A stretch of DNA of 64,000 nt from a virus: IMG/VR virus record IMGVR_UViG_3300029955_000018, positions 7,898 through 71,897 of that record; one strand, written 5' to 3'. The position numbers and the translations under genes were made by a program. The stretch's first letter is position 1; every line of letters starts with the position of its first letter. The notes beneath the pieces are model-generated. The model ran no database searches. It saw only the letters and a program-made list of their open reading frames with translations, and was not told the origin of the DNA. Shown here in pieces: positions 1 through 7,354 of this stretch.

Positions 1-1568
1 TTGGCGCCCCCTGTTATCGCCGTGAGATCCGAGCCGAGCAAATGCGCGCCACTGTCCGTCCCGATGGTGCCCTCCGCGCGCTTGTCTAGATTGATCACCA
101 CATTCGTCGATCCTTGGACCGCGCAAAACACGCGTGTCAAGACGATTGCCGTGGGCGGATTGATCACCAGGATCAACCCGGAATCCGATGTTGCCGGCGC
201 CAGGTCCGTCATCGCCGCCGTCCGCGTCTGCAAGTGCGACAGGGTTGTCGCCTGCACCATCTGCCAGGAATTGCCGCTCGAATCCAAACATACCTGGGCA
301 CTCCCTCCCGATGTCGCGAAATAGCAGGACACAAAGCCGCTAGCCGGAGTACTGGGAGCGCTTCCCGTCGCCCCTGACACCAGCCACGGCCCACTAGCGG
401 TAACGCTCAGCATCTTCTTCCAGCTATTGGTTGCATAGCACCACCATTCGTCGCCGTTGGTCGAATCAATGTAGGTGTGAATAGCACTCGTAGTGGGTGC
501 CGTGCAATTGGCGCTTGGCGCGCCCGCCGCCACGGCGTCCACTTGATACGCGCCGCCGCCAGAATTGAGTTGCTGTGTCCATGTTCCTGAGTTGCACTCC
601 CATATATTCTGGCCTGCGATTGATCCTGTTACGAAACCTAGTTCGCCAACGGTGCAACCGCTTGGCAGTGAGCCACTCGTTGAAGCTACGACCATGGGCT
701 TGCTGTGCATGAGTCCGCTCATGTCTATCGTTCCAGGATAGGCTCCTGTAAATGCCGTTCCTCCGTTGTAGTAGAAGTACGGATTTACGGCTATCCCATT
801 ACTCCCCGACCCCTGGATGACGTAATCGGCCGTCAACCCAGAGCCGGTGACGTTCCCTCCGGCGATTAGTGCGCACCCCGTGGCGTTTCCACTTGCCAGA
901 ATGCCCGTGGGCGCGTAGCCCGTGGAGCAGAGGCTGGGAGCCGCTGCCAGTGCGGTGGCCGTGCCCGCGTTGCCGGTGGTCGATTGGTTCAGCGTGGGAA
1001 TATCGGCTGGGACGATGGCGCGAAACGCCGGGCTTCCGCTCGATCCATTGGGAGCCGCCAGGAAGAAGTTGGCGGTCTGGGAGCCGAACGGCACCTGGAT
1101 CTGGGCACAGCCAACTGCGTTTCCACTTGCCAGAATGCCCGTGGGCGCGTAGCCCGTGGAGCAGAGGCTGGGAGCCGCTGCCAGTGCGGTGGCCGTGCCC
1201 GCGTTGCCGGTGGTCGATTGATTGAGTGTGGGAAAGTTGCCGGCAACCGCTGGGACGGTGCTTCCCGGGGAATTGCGGTACGGAATGCTGTTCGATCCGG
1301 GATCGCCCAGTCCAGTGGAGGCCGCTACCGCCGCGTAGCTGTAGCCGTTCCACATGCACCAGGCGAGCGCGGTGCCGATCCCGGAGCAGACGCCCGAGGC
1401 GGAAGCATCCACGAACAGGTAGGGGGTATTTACCTGGGGGCTTATCGGTGGACTCGCGAAATGGGCGACGAAGTTGATTTGCGTCGGATTGAACTGCGTC
1501 TGCGCCGGCAGACAAACCGACAGCGCAAGGCAGGCGAGTACCGTGAAGCAACGAGAGAAGGTCCGCAT
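1..1568 (-). CDS. Putative tail fibre/virion appendage protein, 3'-partial (runs off the left edge), with N-terminal signal-peptide-like sequence
   Basis: ATG at 1568 gives MRTFSRCFTVLACLALSVCLPAQTQ... The frame has no stop to the window edge, so it is absent from the ORF track. Gly/Ser/Thr/Ala-rich with repeated PTLNQSTTGNAGTATALAA fibre-like segments. Confidence 0.7.
   Translation of the reverse strand, partial: MRTFSRCFTVLACLALSVCLPAQTQFNPTQINFVAHFASPPISPQVNTPYLFVDASASGVCSGIGTALAWCMWNGYSYAAVAASTGLGDPGSNSIPYRNSPGSTVPAVAGNFPTLNQSTTGNAGTATALAAAPSLCSTGYAPTGILASGNAVGCAQIQVPFGSQTANFFLAAPNGSSGSPAFRAIVPADIPTLNQSTTGNAGTATALAAAPSLCSTGYAPTGILASGNATGCALIAGGNVTGSGLTADYVIQGSGSNGIAVNPYFYYNGGTAFTGAYPGTIDMSGLMHSKPMVVASTSGSLPSGCTVGELGFVTGSIAGQNIWECNSGTWTQQLNSGGGAYQVDAVAAGAPSANCTAPTTSAIHTYIDSTNGDEWWCYATNSWKKMLSVTASGPWLVSGATGSAPSTPASGFVSCYFATSGGSAQVCLDSSGNSWQMVQATTLSHLQTRTAAMTDLAPATSDSGLILVINPPTAIVLTRVFCAVQGSTNVVINLDKRAEGTIGTDSGAHLLGSDLTAITGGA
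883..1220. repeat. Perfect 104-bp direct repeat (883-986 and 1117-1220) inside the fibre-like gene
   Basis: Copies identical base by base. Offset is 234 bp (78 codons), so the frame is preserved. Confidence 0.9.
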
Positions 1569-1570
1569 TC

Positions 1571-1807
1571 TTAGTGTCCGCTCCAATGGCCTGTTCCATC
1601 GCCGTGTTTCGACCGCGATTTCGCAGCGGGCTTCAGCACGTTCTCGTAATACCGTGCTTGTTCGCCGGGGAGTCCGGGCTTGTGGATGTCGGCCGCGGCT
1701 TCGGCCGAGACCGATTTTCCATGTCGTTGAGCGCGCGCGGTAAGGGCGCCTTTGCGCTTGACGTCGTGCTGGATGTCTGGCTGGTCGGGGCCGGGCTTAT
1801 AAGACAT
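1571..1807 (-). CDS. Hypothetical phage protein (78 aa)
   Basis: AAAGGA RBS upstream; packed in the late operon. Confidence 0.55.
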   Translation of the reverse strand: MSYKPGPDQPDIQHDVKRKGALTARAQRHGKSVSAEAAADIHKPGLPGEQARYYENVLKPAAKSRSKHGDGTGHWSGH

Positions 1808-1839
1808 GGGAGTTGTCCTTTGGCGATGCGGTTTCTACT

Positions 1840-2133
1840 TCAATGCCCCGACCAGTGCTTGGCCGGTGAATGCGGTTTCATCCCCACGCCGAGCGCCGAT
1901 TTGCGGGCCGTGACGCTCGCTGCCGGCGGCGCGCTTTTGCTTCCCGAATTGTGGGCCGGCTCCTCTTTCATGCTGGGGTGGGCTTTCAGCACGCCGTTGG
2001 CGGTTTCGATGGCCTGGGCTTCGTCGCCCGTTTTGGCCAGCACGCCGTTGGCGACGTAGCTCCATTGCCGCTGGCGGGCGGGAGTGTCCGCAAGGTGGGT
2101 ATGCTTCTGCGCGTCCGTGTGTTTCCAGGGCAT
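1840..2133 (-). CDS. Small phage protein, possibly ChaB-like
   Basis: ATG at 2133 overlaps the upstream stop (TAATG); motif RQWSYVANGVL..GDEAQAIETANG. Confidence 0.5.
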   Translation of the reverse strand: MPWKHTDAQKHTHLADTPARQRQWSYVANGVLAKTGDEAQAIETANGVLKAHPSMKEEPAHNSGSKSAPPAASVTARKSALGVGMKPHSPAKHWSGH

Positions 2134-2486
2134 TAGTTGACCACGTGGATTTCGTACATCAGGATGTCGCCGGCGTGCGTGCCCTGGAAGAAATACTGGT
2201 TCAGGGCAATGTCGTTGAAGTAGGAGTGCGACTCGACGGTCCACGTCCCGCCAGGCTGGCCGGCCGTCGCATTCGGAGTAACGAATATTCCCGGCGTGGC
2301 GTTGTCGGCGGTCAGGTTGACGTTGCCGCCCACCTTGAAGACGCCGGTGTTGTTCGGCGCCGACTGTACGACGATCTTATTAACCTTGGGCGATCCCGCG
2401 AAGGAACTCAGAGCGCCGGAAAATGCCGTCGCGGGAATCTGGACCGGCGCGGCGCCGATGGTGAGCGATCCGAAGTAAGTTTGCAT
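2133..2486 (-). CDS. Putative virion structural protein (beta-rich, 117 aa)
   Basis: AGGA RBS then ATG 2486 (MQTYFGSLTIG...); downstream of capsid genes. Confidence 0.55.
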   Translation of the reverse strand: MQTYFGSLTIGAAPVQIPATAFSGALSSFAGSPKVNKIVVQSAPNNTGVFKVGGNVNLTADNATPGIFVTPNATAGQPGGTWTVESHSYFNDIALNQYFFQGTHAGDILMYEIHVVN

Positions 2487-2500
2487 CGAAGTCCTGGCGG

Positions 2501-2532
2501 AAAAAAACGGGGCCGCAAATGGCAACGGCCCC
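2501..2532 (-). terminator. Intrinsic terminator inside the late operon
   Basis: Minus strand GGGGCCG-loop-CGGCCCC followed by GTTTTTTT. Confidence 0.75.
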
Positions 2533-2549
2533 AGGTTGGAAGGAGACTG

Positions 2550-3086
2550 TTAATAGCCGACGCAACTGTATTTGAAGCCGTCGGTATTGGTATTCGGACC
2601 GGTGAAGGTCACCGCCGACCCGGAGACGTAGCCCGCCGCCAGCACGCCGATGTTATTGGCGATGGTGGTGGTGTCCTGCGCGGTGCAGGTGAACGTGCTC
2701 GCACTGGTAAATGCCGGGCTGATGCCCGTCACCGCAAAGGTGGACGGCGAGCCGCTGGCGAGAGTGCCAGAACCCTGGACTACTTTCAGGCCGACGATGG
2801 CCGCTTTACAGGCAGCGGTAGAGCTGCACGCCTGCGCGGACACCGGGAGCGAACTCCAGACGTTGCGCGCGGAGCAGTAATGGAAGGCCACCAGGTCGGT
2901 GCGATAGTTGAGCGGCGATCTGCCGGGGACGCATCGCACGGGGTCGGAGCTTCCGGTGGTGAAGCCGATGAAGGGGACCGGGATCGGACTGGGATAGTCG
3001 ACGCCGGGAACGGGAGCGGACGCTTGCGCGAAAGCGCAGGCCGCGAAGATGGCGAAGGCGGAGAAGAGTTTCAGGAGGCGCGTCAT
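2550..3086 (-). CDS. Putative virion/decoration protein with Sec signal peptide
   Basis: AAAGGA RBS; MTRLLKLFSAFAIFAACAFA/Q; Cys-rich, Ser/Thr/Gly-rich. Confidence 0.65.
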   Translation of the reverse strand: MTRLLKLFSAFAIFAACAFAQASAPVPGVDYPSPIPVPFIGFTTGSSDPVRCVPGRSPLNYRTDLVAFHYCSARNVWSSLPVSAQACSSTAACKAAIVGLKVVQGSGTLASGSPSTFAVTGISPAFTSASTFTCTAQDTTTIANNIGVLAAGYVSGSAVTFTGPNTNTDGFKYSCVGY

Positions 3087-3105
3087 GGTGAGGGTTCCTT
3101 TTCGG

Positions 3106-3136
3106 AAGAAGCGGGGCTGGCATTTCACCAGCCCCG
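3106..3136 (-). terminator. Terminator-like hairpin with weak U tract
   Basis: CGGGGCTGG/CCAGCCCCG 9-bp stem followed by CTTCTTC on the minus strand. Confidence 0.5.
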
Positions 3137-3148
3137 GCGTTGAAAGCC

Positions 3149-3991
3149 TTAGTACGAAGGCACCCATTTGGAATTCACCGAGTCGTAACAGAAGGTCATG
3201 ACCTTGTTGACGATGGCGGTGGAAGCCACGGCGATGTTGCCGCCCGAGGCAGTGCTCGTCCAGACGGCATCGGGGATCAGCGCGAGGCAGCCGTTCGGAG
3301 CGAGGGCCGCCGGCACCGTGATGGTGGCGAAGGCCGAGCTGGTGCCCGAAACGTGATGCAGCGGATTGGTGGGAGCGATGGTCGTTCCTGCGGTCGACAG
3401 GGCCAGTACGGCGCCTTCGACTACCGGCACGCCGGGATCGAACGCGCTCCAGAGTTGCACCGTGCTGGTGGTGCCGGTGGCGCAGTTCCAGGCGCGTCCG
3501 GTCGCCACGGAGAGCTTGGGGAGCACTCGTTGCGTGCTGGCGGTGCAGGGAGTGCCGGCAACGGGTTCGACGAGCCCCGCGCCAGCGTCCTGCGCATCGT
3601 AATAGTTGGCGGGGCCGGTCCAGACCTTGACGCCCGAGGCGTGGCCGGTCGTTTTGGTGCCGTAGAAGCCGCGCTCGACAGTAACCTGGCAGGGGCTGAC
3701 CGCGCTATTCACGGCATTGACCCGGAACAGTTCCCGGTCGATGAACAGCAGGTAGTAGTTGTTGCCCGCGCCGTATCCGATGCCGCCCTGGGTAGCTTCC
3801 AGAGCCGGAGCCAGGATGTTGGTGCACGAGGCGACCGAGAGGACGTAGCGATTGGTGCCGGCGGCGGCCGTGGTGGCGTCCAGAACAGCCGCGGAAAGCG
3901 TGGTGCTCTGCATGGTCGCCTGGCCGAAGGCGAGGCTGGAGAGAGCGACGAGGGTAAACAGAAGGGCGAAAGCCCGCAGTTTGGTATTCAT
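3149..3991 (-). CDS. Putative capsid decoration/virion protein with Sec signal peptide
   Basis: Immediately downstream of the coat gene; AAGGA RBS; MNTKLRAFALLFTLVALSSLAFG/Q; TVERGFYGT and FCYDSVNSKWVPSY segments resemble phage structural proteins. Confidence 0.65.
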   Translation of the reverse strand: MNTKLRAFALLFTLVALSSLAFGQATMQSTTLSAAVLDATTAAAGTNRYVLSVASCTNILAPALEATQGGIGYGAGNNYYLLFIDRELFRVNAVNSAVSPCQVTVERGFYGTKTTGHASGVKVWTGPANYYDAQDAGAGLVEPVAGTPCTASTQRVLPKLSVATGRAWNCATGTTSTVQLWSAFDPGVPVVEGAVLALSTAGTTIAPTNPLHHVSGTSSAFATITVPAALAPNGCLALIPDAVWTSTASGGNIAVASTAIVNKVMTFCYDSVNSKWVPSY

Positions 3992-4029
3992 AGTTGGTTT
4001 CCTTGTTGGGAGAGTTTTCGTTTTACGGA

Positions 4030-4059
4030 CCTGTGCGGATCCCGAAAGATCCGCATAGG
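4030..4059 (-). terminator. Stable hairpin 3' of the capsid gene (attenuator or mRNA stabiliser)
   Basis: CCTATGCGGATC-TTTCGG-GATCCGCACAGG on the minus strand; no strong U tract. Confidence 0.5.
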
Positions 4060-4070
4060 CCGCCTGTTGG

Positions 4071-5972
4071 TTACGCCCCGCAGACGCGGACGCCCATGTC
4101 GTCGCGGACGCGCTTCACGCCGCCGAGGACGTCGAGACGAGTGATTTTCTCGTTGGTGCCGATCACGTAGCCGCGCAGCAGCCGGATGCCGATACCGGCC
4201 TTGGGGCTAGAGACCCATTCGGACCATTCCATGCCGCCGGGAAGTTCCTGCTTGACGATGGCCAGCGCGATGGCATCGCGGTGGAACGCCATCCCTTGAG
4301 CGCTGGTGACGTTGGCGATGGTCGAGAATGCGGTGTAGGGTAGGCCCCACACGAAGACTTGCGCGCCATCCGCGGGCAGCGCCGTCACGGTCTGGAACGG
4401 GCTGGTAGTGTCCGCGTTGATGGGCGGGGAGATATTGCACACCCCAACGCCCCCGGCAGTGGTGGTCATGGCCGAGGTCAGCACGAAGCTGCGCAAGGGT
4501 CCGACGTTGCGGTAGCTGATGGGGTTCACCGCGTAAGAGCCGGCGAACTGCACGATGTCGCCCAGGTTGAGGCAGTTGACGATGGAGTCGTCCCAGCTCC
4601 GGGTCTGGATGGTCGCTCCGTTGTTGGTGATGCCGCCGCCGGCGATGTCCACCAATGGATTCGAGGCGATGGCTCCCGCGGTACCGAGAGCGCCCACCTG
4701 GAAGCGGGCGATGTTCACGTCCTCGTTAAACCGGAAGTTCAACGCGGTGCCCATCTTGCCCGTCAGGTACTGCTGGCTGACTTCCTTCTGGGGATTCAGC
4801 AGGTTGGCGTTGAAGCCGAGCACCGCCGCGGTCATATCCGGGGAGATGACCATGGCATTGAGGCTGACAATGCGGGGCACGCCATTGTTGGTCATCTGTA
4901 CGCCGGCCTGGGCGTAAGTGGCCACGGAATTCGGCAGGACGCCGGGGGTTCCCACAAACGTGAAGAAGCCCGAGAAGACGTCGCACAGATCGCCGTCGAT
5001 CATGTTGGCGATGGTGGCCGAGGAGGGCTCGACGTACCGCTCGCCGAAGCGATCGATAGTCATCGTCAGGTCCTGGTCCGAGTTCTGCAGGTCCTGGCCC
5101 CACAACTCGTTGATGACGATGGGGACCATTTGCTCCTGGATGCCTTCGGGTTTGATGCCATCGCCACGCCGGCCGCGGGTACGGACGGGCAAGCGGGCAT
5201 TGAAGGTGTCGCTATTGTTGCGAGCGCAATCGCGAATCGCGCCCTTCTGAATCTTTGGATTCAGGCCAGACTATTTCATCGCCCCAGTGGGGCGCTCCAC
5301 GCTTCGGGCCGCTTGGCCCTACTCCCGATCAAGGGATAGTCGTTGAGCCTTCCTGTTTCCAGGCTTGGTTGCTGATTGCCGTGGCTTTCGCTTTAGGTGT
5401 CCCAGCAGTTCATGGAGTTCTTCGAGGCAGGTTGCCCTGCCAAGGGGCTAATTTACTAACCCGATCTTTTCGTTCTTTACTGCGAATTTCTCATCGACCT
5501 ATGTGTTCAGGCCTGGATCGCTACTTCCAGGCCCCGCCCGAACTTCGCTGGGTTCAGGCTGCTGCAACTTTCATTGCAGAGCAGACTATTTCATCACCCC
5601 GGTGGGGTGTGCTGCGCTTCCGGCCGCTTGGCCGTACTCCCTTGCGGGATAGTCGTTACGCCTTTCCTGGTGTTGGCACGCCGCCCGCAACGCAGAGTGC
5701 TTCGCCAACGGCATCCATACCAGGACTTGGTTCGGCGTTTCCGTGGGCATCGCTGATAGTCGCTTACTTGGTTAATCGTGTCAACCAAAAAGATGAACCA
5801 GTTTCAGCCTTTAGGGTTTCGCCGAGTTCACAGCATTTGCAATGGCGATTACTCGCCAAGGGAGCTAGATGTTGGCTAACTCGCGAGAGACCATCTTCAT
5901 CATGGTCAGGTCGTTTTCGAGCCGGATGAGCGAATCCTGTGCAATTACCACAGGGTTTAATAGTTCGTCCAT
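4071..5972 (-). CDS. P22-type major capsid protein, spliced: join(5879..5972, 5459..5497, 4071..5209), 423 aa
   Basis: GGAGG RBS plus ATG 5972. Spliced translation MDELLNPVVIAQDSLIRLENDLTMMKMVSRE-F-DEKFAVKNEKIG-Y-TFNARLPVRTRGR... is continuous and resembles P22-coat-family N-termini. C-terminal AFHRDAIALA...RLDVLGG motif. 94+39+1139 = 1272 nt. Confidence 0.9.
5210..5458 (-). ncRNA. Group I intron 2 (249 nt, ORF-less, IA2-like)
   Basis: P1 GGGU/UAG pairs with UUAGCCC (U.G at 5' splice site); P3 CUCCAUG/CGUGGAG; P4 GCUG/CAGC; R AACGACUA (5337-5344); S GAUGAAAUAGUCUG (5267-5280); two hairpins between P7 and P3'; terminal G at 5210 restores the frame. Confidence 0.92.
5498..5878 (-). ncRNA. Group I intron 1 (381 nt, ORF-less, IA2-like)
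   Basis: P1 GAGU/UAG pairs with CUAGCUC; P3 UGCUGUG/CGCAGCA; P4 UCGGCG/CGCCGA; R AACGACUA (5650-5657); S GAUGAAAUAGUCUG (5582-5595); P8 CACCCC/GGGGUG; terminal G at 5498 restores the frame. Confidence 0.92.
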
Positions 5973-6093
5973 TGATTTCCTCCGCTGTCATCGCGACAGG
6001 GGTGCTCTGCGAACAGAGCGGGTTAGTAAGTAGTAAAGTTGGCCGCCGCGTTATCGTCGCGACAGGCGGCGGCCGGAGGGGGCAAGAACTTGG

Positions 6094-7293
6094 TCAGGCG
6101 TTCTGCATATTACGCAGCCGGCGCACGTCTTCCATGGAAAGGGCGCGCAACTCCGGCTGTGTATAGTCCTCGGGATAGCGCTTGGTGACGGCGCCCCCAC
6201 GATGACCCACGGGCTTCGGAGGTGCGGCTTTCGGCCGCGGAACTTGTGCTTGTGCGGGCGGTAATGGAGCCGCTGCTACGGGCGTCTCGCGACGGCCGTC
6301 GGTCCCCGGAGCGGGTGCGTCCGGGCCGGGAGCGGCTGGCAATGCCGAAAGAATCCGGTCGTACTCTTCCCTCGCCGCATCCTCGACCACGCGAATAGCG
6401 CGTTGCTGCGCCCGTGGGCCGAGTTGCGCGAAGTTGTCCGGTAACTGGGTTTTGGCCATGATGCGCGTTTCTTCCTCGGGGTGGGTTCCCAGCCAATAAA
6501 GCAGTTCCCCCACTTCCTCGTAATCGCGCACTACCAGGCCCATGGCGACGGTGCCGTGAGTTGTCTTGGGATCGAGAAGGCGAGTAAACACCTCCTCGGA
6601 ATCGGGATGGACCGCTTTCAGGCGTTCCCGCGATTGGGTCCAGCGCTCTTCCGCGGCTGTCCGTTCCGCTTCGGTGGCCAACCGTGCGGTTTCTTCAGCC
6701 GTTGATTTGCGCGCAGATACCTCGTTCGCTTCCCGTTCCTGCTGGGCTCTGCCCACTTGCCGCCGCTCGTCGCGGACCAGCCAGCGGGTATGCCTTGCGT
6801 TGAACGGCTCCCATTCTTCGTCGGCGTCCATCACCGGCTCGGGATCGTCGTCAACCGGAATGACCGTTGAGGCCTCCTCCGCGGGTTTCACCGGCAGCGC
6901 AGCGGGTTTTTCCGCCAGCTTCCGGTTCATCTCCGCGAGGGTGGCCTTGAGGCTATCCAGTTCGACGGCCTGCCGCTCCAGTTTGCGGGCGAAGCCGCCT
7001 TTGGCCTTCTTCGGCTCGTGCGGCGCCGGTTCCCCGCCGGCGGCGGGCGTATGCCCGGTTTCGTCCGTTCCGTCTCCAGCGGTGTCGCCAAGATCGGGAT
7101 CGGACGCGGGTGGAATCGTTTCGCCCGGCGTGCCGGCGGGCGCTACGGCTACCTCTTCGGCGGCCGGGGGGGGAGCGGCGTCGGTGGTCTCGGTCGTCTC
7201 GATCGAGCCGTACCCGCTGTCCTCCAGAATCTTTTTGATGGTCTCCGCACTTTGGGTGCGTGACTCGATATTCAATTCCGCTAAATCTGCCAT
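6094..7293 (-). CDS. Capsid scaffolding protein
   Basis: Lies between portal and coat; acidic, Pro-rich, coiled-coil; ELLYWLGTHPEE and KAAPPKPVG motifs typical of P22-like scaffolds. Start taken at ATG 7293. Confidence 0.8.
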   Translation of the reverse strand: MADLAELNIESRTQSAETIKKILEDSGYGSIETTETTDAAPPPAAEEVAVAPAGTPGETIPPASDPDLGDTAGDGTDETGHTPAAGGEPAPHEPKKAKGGFARKLERQAVELDSLKATLAEMNRKLAEKPAALPVKPAEEASTVIPVDDDPEPVMDADEEWEPFNARHTRWLVRDERRQVGRAQQEREANEVSARKSTAEETARLATEAERTAAEERWTQSRERLKAVHPDSEEVFTRLLDPKTTHGTVAMGLVVRDYEEVGELLYWLGTHPEEETRIMAKTQLPDNFAQLGPRAQQRAIRVVEDAAREEYDRILSALPAAPGPDAPAPGTDGRRETPVAAAPLPPAQAQVPRPKAAPPKPVGHRGGAVTKRYPEDYTQPELRALSMEDVRRLRNMQNA

Positions 7294-7354
7294 AAGTTGG
7301 TGGGTCTCGTTGTGCGGCCAGGTTCTCAACGTCGTCGCGACGGAAGCGGCCGGG

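Noticed and set aside
4071-5192. 373-aa ORF as the complete capsid protein, or capsid pseudogene
   Set aside because: TTG start has no RBS and lacks the family N-terminus, which is supplied in frame by the two upstream exons.
5255-5991. ORFs 5255-5929 (+), 5594-5788 (-) and 5764-5991 (-) as intron-encoded endonucleases
   Set aside because: No HNH, GIY-YIG or LAGLIDADG motifs; they cross catalytic core elements or exons.
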